DNA of 64,000 nt from Armatimonadota bacterium (GTDB lineage Bacteria > Armatimonadota > SYMT01): assembly GCA_046292385.1 (NCBI GenBank), contig JBKBRF010000024.1:38819-102818 (forward strand), in the 5' to 3' direction. Numbering within the stretch: the first letter of the stretch is position 1; the number at the start of each line of letters is the position of its first letter. Below, piece after piece: positions 49,100-59,625 of the stretch. The notes under the pieces were generated by a model. That model searched no databases. It worked only from the letters and a program-made list of their open reading frames with translations, and was not told the DNA's origin. The translations under genes were made by a program, and so were the position numbers.

Positions 49100-50796
49100 T
49101 GGGGGTCTCCGAGAGAGGTCGAGGCCGCGCTCGCCACCGGGTCGGCACTCGGAGCCGGGAGCATATCCGACCGCGGCTGCCGGCAGGCTCGGAGCAGGCC
49201 GGTAAGGAGTGGATGCGGAGCCTCGAACCGGCTCCGGAACTCCGGCCGGAACTGAACCGCGACGAAGAACCGGTGCCGGGTGAGCTCAAGCGCCTCCAGG
49301 CGCGTCCCGGCGAAGGAGAGACCGGAAAAGACCACTCCGGCGGCTTGCCAGGCTTCCCGGTGCTTCCAGTTCACCGTCGTGCGGCAGCGCTGCCGCTCGG
49401 TGACGGTCGCCTCGCCGTAAAGGCGCTGGAGCAGCGTGCCGGGCACGAGCTGGACCTGGAAGTTGCCGACCTGGACCGGCCCCCCGAAGGCAGGCTGCAT
49501 CCCCACCGCCTCCAAGCCCTCGAGCGGCTGCACGACCGCCTCCGTTTCGTCGACCTCGCGATCCGAGGGGGTGCCGGAGCCTTTCCCCATGGCCCCCGGG
49601 GCGTTCCGCAGGAGCTCCTCCAGGGCCAGATCCATCCCGGTGCCGATCCCCAGAAACGGCAGTCCGGTTTCCCGGGCGAAGCGGATCGCCGCCAGCACGC
49701 CGCCTGTCTCCGTCTCCCCCCAGAGCGGCGGCACAATCAACCCGTCCAACTCCCGCAGCCGCTCTGTTGCGTCGTGCGGTGAGAGCGAGTCGGCGGAGAG
49801 CCACTCGACTTCCACCCGTCCGGAAGCGCTTCCTTCCGCGTGGCAGAGCGCCTCCAGCAGGCTGACGTACGCGTAGGCCGGGGGAGCATCTCCGCTCCCA
49901 TGCACGATCCCGATCCGCACGGCCGTCGCGTCGGAAATCACGAGGCGGTAGACCTGCCGCGCCCAGTTGAAGAGTTGGGGATGCGGCACCAGGGAGATCC
50001 CGAGCCGCCGGAGTAGCCGGGGGACGAAGCCAACGTCTTCCAGGTGGAGCGGCACCTCATAGACGGACCCAAAATCGGGCACGAGGATCACCTGGTCCGC
50101 CTCCAGGTTGGAGTTCTGACACAACGAAGAGAACCGCGGCGCGTCCACCGCCCGGGCAGAGCGTGCGATGACGAAGTCGGGCAGGATCCCGCACTCGTTC
50201 AGCTTGCGGATCGAGAGCTGGGCCGGCTTCGACTTCAGCTCCCCCAGGCTCTCCAGATACGGGAAGTAGGCCACGTGGAGGTGGATGGCCCGGCCCGGTG
50301 AGCGCTTGGTCAGGATGCGGCTTGCCTCCAGGAAGACTTCGCCCTGGTACTCGCCCACGGTGCCGCCGAGCTCCACAATCACGAACTCCGCGCCGGCGCC
50401 GGCCGCCTCGATCCGGCGGATGATCTCCTCCGGCATGTGCGGGACCACTTCCACGCACTTGCCTTCGTAGTCGAGCGTCCGCTCCCGCTCGATCACCGCG
50501 TCGTAGATCTGACCGGTGGTCATGTAGTTCTCCCGCGCCATGTTGACGTTCAAGAACCGCTCGTAATGACCCAGGCCGGGATCCGCCTGCAGACCGTCGG
50601 CGGTCACGAAGATCTCGCCCTTCTGCGGGTCGAGCGTGCCCGCGTCGAGGTTGATGTGCATGTCGCACTTGATTGGCGCGACGGCGAAGCCGCGAGCCTT
50701 CAGCAGCAGAGCCAGGGAAGCGGCGAAGATCCCCTTGCCGAGCCCGGAGACGACCCCTCCGGAGACGAAGATGTAACGGGTGCGGTCGGTGTTCAT
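49096..50796 (-). CDS. pyrG: CTP synthase homolog with an inactive-looking glutaminase domain
   Basis: YIFVSGGVVSGLGKGI, GHYERF, ELGGTVG, ELKSKPAQ; GICLG replaced by GIGTG and QFHPE by QFRPE. Confidence 0.85.
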   Translation of the reverse strand: MNTDRTRYIFVSGGVVSGLGKGIFAASLALLLKARGFAVAPIKCDMHINLDAGTLDPQKGEIFVTADGLQADPGLGHYERFLNVNMARENYMTTGQIYDAVIERERTLDYEGKCVEVVPHMPEEIIRRIEAAGAGAEFVIVELGGTVGEYQGEVFLEASRILTKRSPGRAIHLHVAYFPYLESLGELKSKPAQLSIRKLNECGILPDFVIARSARAVDAPRFSSLCQNSNLEADQVILVPDFGSVYEVPLHLEDVGFVPRLLRRLGISLVPHPQLFNWARQVYRLVISDATAVRIGIVHGSGDAPPAYAYVSLLEALCHAEGSASGRVEVEWLSADSLSPHDATERLRELDGLIVPPLWGETETGGVLAAIRFARETGLPFLGIGTGMDLALEELLRNAPGAMGKGSGTPSDREVDETEAVVQPLEGLEAVGMQPAFGGPVQVGNFQVQLVPGTLLQRLYGEATVTERQRCRTTVNWKHREAWQAAGVVFSGLSFAGTRLEALELTRHRFFVAVQFRPEFRSRFEAPHPLLTGLLRACRQPRSDMLPAPSADPVASAASTSLGDPQ

Positions 50797-52445
50797 AACT
50801 GTTGATTGGCGTAGGGGCTACCCGGCCGGGAGAGGCTCTCTGCCGGCTCTTCGCCGGCTACTACCCGGTTGCGTCCCAGGCGCTTTCCGGCGTACAGCCT
50901 CCGGTCTGCCACGCGCCGAAGACCCTCCGGGTCGGTCGCGTCCCGAGGGTACTCGGCCACGCCGACGCTGGCAGTGAGGCGCAGCTTCTGACCGTTGGGC
51001 AGCCGGAGCTCGGTGCGCTCGAGCTCGCTGCGAAGGCGCTCCGCGAGCTCGGCCGCCGCAGAGATCGGGGTGCTCGGAAGCACCAGCACGAACTCCTCCC
51101 CGCCGTAGCGGGCGGCGGCATCCGATCCGCGGCGCCCGTCCATCAGGAGCGTCGCCACATCCTGTAGCACGGTGTCACCCGCCTCATGACCGTGAGCGTC
51201 GTTTACCTGCTTAAAGTCGTCGAGGTCCAGGATGAGGTAGGAGCATGGCCGAGCCTCTCGTCGGGCCAGGGATAGCTGCTGGGGCAGGTACTCCTCGAGG
51301 AAGCGCCGATTGTGCAGCCCGGTGAGCGGGTCGCGCAGCGCCTCGCGGCGGGCGGAGGCGAGCAGACGCAGGTTGTGCAGCACGGGGGCAGTGACGGCGA
51401 GATACGCCTCAAGCGCCTCCATCTCCGTCAATGACCAGGGATAGCCGCGCCGGTGAGCGAGCCGCACCACTCCCAGCGTGTCGGTCCCCATCCGGAGCGG
51501 CGTGCAGAGATGACTGCCACCCGGAGGAAGCGGACCACAGCCGCTGCAGCCGCGATCGCATCCCGCTCCCGTCCCCATCACGGTCCGAGCACTGCTCCAC
51601 GCGAGACAGGAGCCGGGTTCGTCACCGCGAGTCTGATCCGCCTCGGGTGCTTCCGGCTCCGCTGCACCGAGGCAGGGTGTGACCCGCACGTCATCCGGCG
51701 CAAACCGGAGGCGCAGTTGCTCCCGCAGCAGCTCCGCCAACTCCGATGGGCTGGCGGCGAGCTGGGCCCGCACCGCGAAGAGGTGAAGCGCACGCTGCCC
51801 CTGGGCACGGGCCCGTTCCGTAGCCTGTCCGGCGACGGCGGCAAGCAAGGCCAGGCCAATCGCCAGCAGCCCGATCAGTTGGACCAGCGTCCGGAGCTCC
51901 CGCTGGCCGGCGAGAGTCCGCTGATGCACGGAGACGATCTCCGACGCCGCCCGCCCGGTGATCCCGGTGTGATGCCGGCGGAAGTCGTCCATGTCCGCCT
52001 TGGCCGCCTTCAGCCGCGAGAGCGCCGGCCCTCGCTCCCCGGCCTGCGCCTGCCGAATCAGCGCGTCCCACGTGCCGAGCAGAGAGCGGATGCGGGGCTG
52101 GAGCTCGGCCGATACGGCGGACGCATACCAGGGCTCTTGCCGCACCAGCGACTCCAGCTCCGTCAGCACCCGGGTGATCTGCCGGCGGCCGTAGTGGAAC
52201 GTCTGCAAGTGCTCCCGATCCCCCGTGGCCAGATACCCCCGCACGCCGGTCTCCTGGTTCAGGAGATGCGTGAGGAGATCGTCCAGCCGCCGGGAGATCG
52301 GCACGAGGGTCGCCGTCTGGCGCACCCCGGCGGCGGTCTCCGCACTGGTCTGAGCGGCTCGCCAGAAGCAGCCGACGGCGAGTGCGGCAACCAGCAGTAC
52401 GAGGGAGAAGCGCAAGGCACGGGCGGCGACGTTTCTCGTGTTCAC
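50793..52445 (-). CDS. Membrane diguanylate cyclase (CHASE3-GAF-GGDEF)
   Basis: NQETGVRGYL.TGD (CHASE3), DPLTGLHNRR, DLDDFK.VND..GH..GD, RGSD I-site, RYGGEEF. Confidence 0.93.
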   Translation of the reverse strand: MNTRNVAARALRFSLVLLVAALAVGCFWRAAQTSAETAAGVRQTATLVPISRRLDDLLTHLLNQETGVRGYLATGDREHLQTFHYGRRQITRVLTELESLVRQEPWYASAVSAELQPRIRSLLGTWDALIRQAQAGERGPALSRLKAAKADMDDFRRHHTGITGRAASEIVSVHQRTLAGQRELRTLVQLIGLLAIGLALLAAVAGQATERARAQGQRALHLFAVRAQLAASPSELAELLREQLRLRFAPDDVRVTPCLGAAEPEAPEADQTRGDEPGSCLAWSSARTVMGTGAGCDRGCSGCGPLPPGGSHLCTPLRMGTDTLGVVRLAHRRGYPWSLTEMEALEAYLAVTAPVLHNLRLLASARREALRDPLTGLHNRRFLEEYLPQQLSLARREARPCSYLILDLDDFKQVNDAHGHEAGDTVLQDVATLLMDGRRGSDAAARYGGEEFVLVLPSTPISAAAELAERLRSELERTELRLPNGQKLRLTASVGVAEYPRDATDPEGLRRVADRRLYAGKRLGRNRVVAGEEPAESLSRPGSPYANQQL

Positions 52446-52519
52446 GCTTGCACCTCCGGTCGGCGACGCTCGGGCAGGTCGCAAAGTGGCTCTCGTTCAC
52501 GGCGCGGGGCATGCCCGCG

Positions 52520-52810
52520 TCAGATGCGGTCCGGGAGCTGGTAGAGCTGCTCCCACCGGAGGCGGACCCCCATGGCGACCGCTTCCCAGGTCACTCCCAC
52601 GCGTTCCGCGGCCCCGCGCTCCCACGCGTGGCGGAGCTGGAGGTAATCGGAGATCGCCGTCGGATCGGCCCGGCTCCCCTCCTCCGCCAAGGTGGTAAAC
52701 AGCAGCACCGCCCGCCGCAGTACGCCGGGATCGGCGAGGCCGGTCACCGGGCTGGCCTCCGCTGCGAGCTCATCCAACGCCTCGCGAAATCCACTGCCAA
52801 GGCTCATCAT
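52520..52810 (-). CDS. Small helical protein, possibly DUF1889-like
   Basis: ALDEL......TGLADP....AV.LF..L...G...DP..I..Y.....W pattern; paralog at 45122. Confidence 0.6.
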   Translation of the reverse strand: MMSLGSGFREALDELAAEASPVTGLADPGVLRRAVLLFTTLAEEGSRADPTAISDYLQLRHAWERGAAERVGVTWEAVAMGVRLRWEQLYQLPDRI

Positions 52811-53175
52811 CCACACTCCGCCAACGCCACCCTCGTCCGCAGACGAAAACAGGCCAGGCGCCTGCTGCGCCTGGCCTGACAAAACGGTATGGGTCTCGCA
52901 CACCGGACGGCTTGAAGCGACAGCAACACTCTTCAGCCGCGGCTCGTTTCCGACGCCGCAGGCTGAATGGCTGCTGCCGATCTAGTCCTGGTGTACGAAG
53001 CTAATTGCGATCATCCGGCGGTAGCATAGCACAAGCTCGGACGGGCAGACAACGAAGTAACCGCCAGACGGACTTGGCGAGCGGGCCGGTTCCGCTCGGC
53101 GGTGATAGTCGGATAGGTCGGAGCGTGTTTCCGAACCTACTGGCAGCGCTTTATCCCCTACCCAGAAAACGGGTG

Positions 53176-53279
53176 GCTCTAAGAACGCCGAAAATCCCGT
53201 TTCGTATCGCGAGCACCACATGCGGATGGGAGAGGGGGGCGGCTTCTAAATGAGCCCACCCCGTTCAGTTCTGCGCGGC
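53176..53279. repeat. Dispersed conserved element, copy 2
   Basis: Direct-orientation homolog of 23644-23760. Confidence 0.9.
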
Positions 53280-53507
53280 GTGCTCGGGTTCACAGGTAGA
53301 GCTGGTAGCGGGACCGAGGAGAAGAACCGGCAGTGGTGTTGCCGCTCCCCCGCCCCCACCACCAAGTGCGGTAGCCGATCGGCCGTCGGTATCGTCCATA
53401 AGCTGCCGAGGGATCGCCCTCGTCGCTGCCGAAGCTGCCTTTACCCTACGCCGGACGTGGCGGGCGAGACTCACGGCTCGCTCGCCTGACTTGTCGAGGT
53501 CCAACTG

Positions 53508-55307
53508 ATGGAGAAGCCCCGAGACGCTGCGGTTCCAGAGCACCGTTCAGAGGGACCGTCACTACCCGACATTGGCACGAGCGAGCACACTCCACTCATC
53601 TCCGGTGTATCCGCAGATCGCGTGCTGGTCGAATCGGGCCACACGACTCCCGAGGAGGAGCAGACCACCCTCGACCTCCCCGGCCGGGAAGCCCTTCCCC
53701 CTCGGCGGCGGAAACGCCGCTCCGGCCGGCGCCACGGCAAGCCCGCGCCGCGCAAGCCGGAGTTCTCCCCCGAGCAGATCCTCGCCTGGGCCGACCACCA
53801 CTTCCAGGTCACGGGTCAGTGGCCGACTTCGCAATCCGGGCGAGTGGCGCTGGCGCCGAGCGAGACGTGGTGCGCCGTGGACCAGGCGCTCCGCGGCGGA
53901 CTGCGGGGGCTGTCCGGCGATCGCTCCCTGGCCCGGCTTCTGGCGGAGGAGCGCGGGGTCCGCAATCGCGCCAGCATCCCCCCGCTTACGGTCGAGCAGA
54001 TCCTGGCGTGGGCCGATGCCCATCACGCCCACACCGGGGAATGGCCGAAGGCCAACTCCGGCGCGATCCCCGAGGTCCCCGGCGAGACCTGGGCGAAGGT
54101 GAACGCCGCGCTCCTCAGCGGCTCGCGGGGACTGACGGGCGACTCCTCGCTGGCGCGGCTGCTACTCGAGAAACGGGATGTCGAGCATCATCTCGCCCGA
54201 CCGCGGCTGACGGTGGAGCAGATCCTCACGTGGATCGACGCCTTCTACGAACGGCATGGTCAGTGGCCGACCCACGCGTCCGGCGCGGTGGAAGACGCGC
54301 TCGGCGAGCGCTGGGACGCGCTGGATAACGCGCTTCGCGCCGGACTACGCGGCCTTCCGGGCGGCTCGTCGGTAGCGCGGCTACTGGCCGAGCATCGCGG
54401 CGTGCGGGTCGCCACCGGCATCCCACCACTCACCGAAGCCCAGATCCTCGCGTGGGCCGACGCCCACTTCGAGCGCCACGGCTGCTATCCCCGGGAAGAC
54501 TCCGGCCCGGTCGAGGACGCTTCGGGAGAGAACTGGAAGAACCTGGACGGGTCGCTCCGTATGGGACGGCGCGGGCTCGCAGGCGGCTCGTCTCTCCCGC
54601 TCCTGCTGACGGAGCACCGCAACTGTCCCTATCGTGCGCCCCGTCCGCCGCTGACGGAGGCGCAGATCCTGGCTTGGGCCGATGCGTTCCACGCCCGGCA
54701 CGGCCGGTGGCCTTCCCGGAACTCCGGGCCGATCGACGGGGCGCCCGGGGAGACCTGGGGCGGCGTGTGCCAGGCGCTCCGCAATGGACTACGGGGATTT
54801 CCCGGCGACTCGTCGCTGGCGAAGCTGTTACGTCGGAAGCGCGGTCACCGCCACTGCCACCTGCTACCGCGCCTGACCGAGGAGCAGGTCCTGGCCTGGG
54901 CCGATGCGTATCACGCAGAGCACGGGACATGGCCGCGGAGCGACTCGGGACCGATCGAGGGCGCTGGCGGCGACACCTGGCAGCAGGTCAACGCCGCCCT
55001 GCGGGTGGGGCTGCGCGGACTTCCCGGCGGCTCATCCCTCGCACAGCTTCTCCAGGAACGCCGGGGCGTTCGGAACCGGAAGCGTCTGCCGCCGTTCACG
55101 GAGGCGCAGATCCGGAAGTGGGCGCTGGCGCACCGGGCGCGGACCGGCAGATGGCCTACCTCGAGCTCTGGACCGGTCGTAGACGCCCCAGGGGAGACCT
55201 GGACTGCCGTGGAAGCCGCACTCCGGAACGGGCAGCGTGGCCTCGCCGGAGGGACTTCGCTCTCTCGTTTCGTGCGGGATCTGGACCGGCTGATTCCGGG
55301 AGACTGA
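53508..55307 (+). CDS. Tandem-repeat protein, 7 x 74 aa
   Basis: Consensus LTxxQILAWADAxxxxxGxWPxxxSGxxxxAPGETWxxVxxALRxGxRGLxGxSSLAxLLxExRG repeated seven times. Confidence 0.9.
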   Translation: MEKPRDAAVPEHRSEGPSLPDIGTSEHTPLISGVSADRVLVESGHTTPEEEQTTLDLPGREALPPRRRKRRSGRRHGKPAPRKPEFSPEQILAWADHHFQVTGQWPTSQSGRVALAPSETWCAVDQALRGGLRGLSGDRSLARLLAEERGVRNRASIPPLTVEQILAWADAHHAHTGEWPKANSGAIPEVPGETWAKVNAALLSGSRGLTGDSSLARLLLEKRDVEHHLARPRLTVEQILTWIDAFYERHGQWPTHASGAVEDALGERWDALDNALRAGLRGLPGGSSVARLLAEHRGVRVATGIPPLTEAQILAWADAHFERHGCYPREDSGPVEDASGENWKNLDGSLRMGRRGLAGGSSLPLLLTEHRNCPYRAPRPPLTEAQILAWADAFHARHGRWPSRNSGPIDGAPGETWGGVCQALRNGLRGFPGDSSLAKLLRRKRGHRHCHLLPRLTEEQVLAWADAYHAEHGTWPRSDSGPIEGAGGDTWQQVNAALRVGLRGLPGGSSLAQLLQERRGVRNRKRLPPFTEAQIRKWALAHRARTGRWPTSSSGPVVDAPGETWTAVEAALRNGQRGLAGGTSLSRFVRDLDRLIPGD

Positions 55308-55439
55308 GATCACCTGTGCGCATGTAGCACCGCTTCGTCGCGGAGAGGCGAGCGGCACAGGATTATCCACTATGGTCCCCGAACCATCCCTCGATCGCTC
55401 CACTAACATCAGCACGCCGCCGCCCCGATTCGGATTCTG

Positions 55440-58400
55440 ATGCTCGCCACACAGCCCTCCCTCACGCCACATCCCCACTACAACCGGCGCCTCTTCAGCG
55501 ACCACTATCTGGATCAGGTGCTCCCACGTACTCCCGAGTGGAAGCTGGGCAGGGACAGCGCCTCCGCGCTGCTGCCCCAGCTTCAGGCACTCTACATGGC
55601 GTTTGTTCCCAGCACCAACGAGGCTCAGACGGAACGAGAGCTCGTCCGTCCTGTTCTGGAGTTGCTGGGCCACCACTTCGAGGTTCAGCCCGCTCTCCAG
55701 ACCGCCGCCGGTACGAAGCGGCCCGACTACGTGCTGTACCGAGACGAGGAGGCGATTCGCGCTAATAAGAACGTGGTGCTCTCGGATACAGCCCTCCAGC
55801 ACGCCATAGCCGTGGCGGACGCTAAGCACTGGGACCGGCCTCTGGATCAGGCAATGCGGGTCGGGGTGGACCCGTTCACCAACAAGAACCCAGGCTACCA
55901 GATCACCTTCTACATGCAGCAGGGTGGTCTCCCCTGGGGCATCCTCACCAACGGGCGTGTCTGGCGCCTCTACCACCGCGATAGTGCCCATAAGCTGGAC
56001 GTCTTCTACGAGGTGGAACTCGCGGAGCTGCTGGAGCGCAATGACCCCGCGCAGCTGCAGTACTTCCTACGTTTTTTCGAGCGGCCCGCCTTTGAGGAAG
56101 GTCCGCTCTCACTACGGCGGCACCTTTCCGAGAGCGCCAGCTATGCCCGCAGCGTAGGCGAGGGGCTGCGCGAACAGGTGTATGAGGCGCTGCTCCATGT
56201 AGCCCAGGGCTTCCTAGACTTCCCCGACAACGCCCTCACGCCGGAGCCTGACACCCTCAAACGGATCTACGACAACGCGCTGATCCTGCTCTACCGGCTG
56301 CTCTTCGTCCTCTACGCCGAAGCCCGCGGCCTGTTGCCGCTAGAGGATAGCACCGCCTACCGCGACGACTACAGCCTGCATTCCATCAAGCGCTCGGTGG
56401 CGACATCCTTGAGGGTTGGGCGGCACCTGCTCCCCAGCACCCGTACGCTCTGGCCCAGGCTGACAGAGTTGTTCCGCATCATTGACGCCGGCAGCCCACC
56501 GCTCAAGGTCGCCACCTTCAACGGAGGGCTCTTCGACCCAAAGCGCCATGCCTTCCTAGAGCAGAACTCCGTCGGCGACGCGCACCTCCAGCAGGCGATC
56601 GACAAGCTTGCCCGAGTGGAAGGCGAGTTCATCGACTACCGTGACCTCTCGGAGCGACACCTGGGCAGTATCTACGAGGGGCTGCTTGAGTTTCACCTCC
56701 AACCTCTCGCGAGTGACATGTCGGAGGATCAGGCTGCAGCGAAGGAAGGCTGGACCGCCAAGCTCGTGACGGACAAAGGCGAGCGCAAAGCGACCGGCAG
56801 CTACTACACGCCGGGCTTCATCACCCGCTTCATGGTGGAGCAGGCCGTCGGTCCCGTCGTTGATGCGGCGCTGACGGAGGCGGCACCCAGAGGACCGGAC
56901 GCGCAGGCTCAGGCGGTCCTGAGCATCAACGTCCTGGACTGCTCCATGGGCAGTGGACATTTCCTCGTGGAGGCCGCGGACTACATTGCCCACCGGATGG
57001 TTGAAGCCGACCTCCTGCCGTCTGATGTACGTCATCCCGCCGGTAGCGGACTGAACGGGGGAGTGCCTACGCTCGACGAACTCGCCTACTGGAGACGACG
57101 GGTGGCCCAGAGTTGCATCTACGGGGTAGACCTAAACCCCCTCGCCGTGGATCTAGCGAAGCTCTCCATGTGGCTCGCCACGACCGCCAAGGATCGCCCC
57201 CTCTCCTTCCTTGACCACCACCTCCGTCCCGGTAACGCGCTGGTGGGCGCCCGCCTTTCGGAGCTGAGGGCCACGGGGAAAGCGGCGGCTAGAAAGGGCA
57301 GTACCGCCGCGCGGAAGGTCCAGAAGGCGGAAGAGGCCGGTCAGCTTAGCCTCGCTTCCGACAGCGCGTTCGTTCAGAGCATGAAACAGGCGGTCGACAA
57401 CCTCTGGCTCATCGAGGATAGCCCGGCTGAAACCATTGGTGACGTGAAAAGTCAGGAGGTCCTTTACGAAGAGGTCCGCAGAACCTTCGTCCAGCGCTAC
57501 ACGCAGATGCTGAATCTCGTCGCGGCACGCCCGTTCGGGCTGGAGGTGGATCAGGCGTTCTGGCGTACCCTATTGGACCATGCGGCGGGGCGGACGCTCG
57601 CACGGATGTCGAAGTTCGACACCTGGCTCAATCAGGCAGCGGCACTGGCGGAGAGACACCGCTTCTTCCACTGGGAGCTGGAGTTCCCGGAGGTCTTCTT
57701 CGACCGCTACGGCCGCCCCCTTGGCGACGAGGGCGGCTTCGACGTGGTGATCGGGAATCCACCCTACGTCCGTCAGGAGCGTCTCGCACCGCTCAAATCA
57801 TACTTGCAGGCGAAGTTCGCCTCCTTCCACGGGGTCGCCGACCTCTACCTCTACTTCTACGAGCAGGGGCTGAAGCTGCTCCGGGATGGCGGTCGGATGG
57901 CCTACATCTCATCCGGGACGTTCGCCAGGGCCAACTTCGCCGCGGCGTTCCGGAAGCAACTCCCCACCCTCGGCCGGGTTGAGGCGCTCGTGGACTTCGG
58001 CGAGAACCAGCCCTTTGAGGGGGCCGAGATGGTCCGGCCCTCTATCGTCGTACTGACACGGGGCGTGCAGGACGCGCCCTTTCGCAGCCTCTTCATCGCC
58101 GCAAAGGTGCCGGAGTCCCTCGACCAAGCCCTCGACCGAGAAGGAATCGACTGCGCCCCGGAGGCGCTGCAGCAACCCGAGTGGACCTTCCAGCCGGCTG
58201 GGAACACCCGTCTCCTCGCCAAGCTCCTGGCAGCGGGGCGGCCACTGGCCGACTCCGTGGGTGGTCGCATGTATCGCGGTCTTCTGACAGGTCTCACAGA
58301 AGCGTTTGTGCTGGATCAGGCGACGCGAGATCGGCTCATCACTCTCGACCCCGGCTGTAACGACCTAATCAAGCCCGCTCTGCGCGGAGAGGACCTGAGG

Positions 58401-59279
58401 CCCTGGTATCAGGAGAAGGAGGGCCGCTGGATGATCGTCGTCCCGTCGGGCTGGACTCGCAGGGCGTTTGGGGATGGTCTTGATGAACGCGACGCCTGGC
58501 AACGGGTGTCCAGCCGGTACCCGGGTCTCGCGGAACACCTCACCCCGTTCATCACCTCAGCTCGCAAGCGCCTAGATCAGGGGGAGTACTGGTGGGAGCT
58601 GCGTGCCTGTAGCTACTATGACGCCTTCGAGAGCCCGAAGATCCTCTGGCCGGACATCTCCAAGCTCCCGCGGCTCTCCTGGGATGACGACGGCCAGTAC
58701 ATCAATAACACCGGCTTCTTCCTGGTGCCGGATGGTCCCCACCTCCTGGGCCTGCTCCAATCGAGGGTGCTCTGGTTTGCGACCTCTCAGGTGTGCCAGC
58801 CTCTGCGTCTCCGAGCCGGACTCTGGCAGTACCGGCTCTTCACCCAGTTCATGGGGCGGCTCCCCATCCCCTCGGTATCCGGCGACGAGCGCGTCGCCAT
58901 TACGAATCTCACGACGCAGACCACGCAGCTTGCCCGCACGCGCTACGCGCTCCACCAGCAGGTGCGGCATCGCGTTCAGACTGATCTGGGCGAGCCGGAC
59001 AAGCCGCTGAACCAGAAGCTGACGGCGTGGTGGACGCTAACGTTCGGGGTCTTCAGGGCCGAGGTCCAGAAGGTCTACAAGCGGGACATCCCTCTCGCCG
59101 AACGCGGCGACTGGGAGACCTGGCTTGCCGATAGCCGCGCCGACCATGACCGGCTGACCGGAAAGATCGTCGCCCTGGAGACGGAACTCAACGAGCGCGT
59201 CTACCGCCTCTTCGACCTCACGGCGGACGAGATCCGGATCATCGAGGAAAGCACGAAGTATCCCTACGGCGGGGTATGA
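55440..59279 (+). CDS. Type IIG (Eco57I-like) restriction-modification enzyme
   Basis: N-terminal RPDY...ADAK nuclease, ILTNG..WRLY, FNGGLF, GSYYTP, LDCSMGSGHFL, GNPPY, TaqI-C-like TRD. Confidence 0.93.
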   Translation: MLATQPSLTPHPHYNRRLFSDHYLDQVLPRTPEWKLGRDSASALLPQLQALYMAFVPSTNEAQTERELVRPVLELLGHHFEVQPALQTAAGTKRPDYVLYRDEEAIRANKNVVLSDTALQHAIAVADAKHWDRPLDQAMRVGVDPFTNKNPGYQITFYMQQGGLPWGILTNGRVWRLYHRDSAHKLDVFYEVELAELLERNDPAQLQYFLRFFERPAFEEGPLSLRRHLSESASYARSVGEGLREQVYEALLHVAQGFLDFPDNALTPEPDTLKRIYDNALILLYRLLFVLYAEARGLLPLEDSTAYRDDYSLHSIKRSVATSLRVGRHLLPSTRTLWPRLTELFRIIDAGSPPLKVATFNGGLFDPKRHAFLEQNSVGDAHLQQAIDKLARVEGEFIDYRDLSERHLGSIYEGLLEFHLQPLASDMSEDQAAAKEGWTAKLVTDKGERKATGSYYTPGFITRFMVEQAVGPVVDAALTEAAPRGPDAQAQAVLSINVLDCSMGSGHFLVEAADYIAHRMVEADLLPSDVRHPAGSGLNGGVPTLDELAYWRRRVAQSCIYGVDLNPLAVDLAKLSMWLATTAKDRPLSFLDHHLRPGNALVGARLSELRATGKAAARKGSTAARKVQKAEEAGQLSLASDSAFVQSMKQAVDNLWLIEDSPAETIGDVKSQEVLYEEVRRTFVQRYTQMLNLVAARPFGLEVDQAFWRTLLDHAAGRTLARMSKFDTWLNQAAALAERHRFFHWELEFPEVFFDRYGRPLGDEGGFDVVIGNPPYVRQERLAPLKSYLQAKFASFHGVADLYLYFYEQGLKLLRDGGRMAYISSGTFARANFAAAFRKQLPTLGRVEALVDFGENQPFEGAEMVRPSIVVLTRGVQDAPFRSLFIAAKVPESLDQALDREGIDCAPEALQQPEWTFQPAGNTRLLAKLLAAGRPLADSVGGRMYRGLLTGLTEAFVLDQATRDRLITLDPGCNDLIKPALRGEDLRPWYQEKEGRWMIVVPSGWTRRAFGDGLDERDAWQRVSSRYPGLAEHLTPFITSARKRLDQGEYWWELRACSYYDAFESPKILWPDISKLPRLSWDDDGQYINNTGFFLVPDGPHLLGLLQSRVLWFATSQVCQPLRLRAGLWQYRLFTQFMGRLPIPSVSGDERVAITNLTTQTTQLARTRYALHQQVRHRVQTDLGEPDKPLNQKLTAWWTLTFGVFRAEVQKVYKRDIPLAERGDWETWLADSRADHDRLTGKIVALETELNERVYRLFDLTADEIRIIEESTKYPYGGV

Positions 59280-59625
59280 GGACGGGTGAGGCACCTCCGC
59301 CCCGCCCCGGGTATCGTGCCGACCAGCGTTTCTCCTGGAGCGGCGCGAGGGACACCGGCCTGGGCAGTTAAGAGTGTGCCCACCATCCCGAAGTCTGCCG
59401 CCCGCGCCCGTCACGACACCTGTGACGCCAGGTGCTAGACGCTAGACGCTTCGCCTGCCGTCACCGTCCCTCCGGCTACGGCGCCCTCTGTTAAGGGGCG
59501 CGTGTCCGTCCCGTTGCCGAACGGCTCCGTTCCCTACTGCCGGACATCGACCTGGACGATACTGTTCCCGACAGCGCTGCCGCTGCACGAGCGAAGCCCA
59601 TTTCGCCCTGCGGCAAATCCGCGGC

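Noticed and set aside
53760..55300. CRISPR-like periodicity
   Set aside because: The 222-nt period is a degenerate protein-coding repeat; no identical repeats with spacers and no cas genes in the window.
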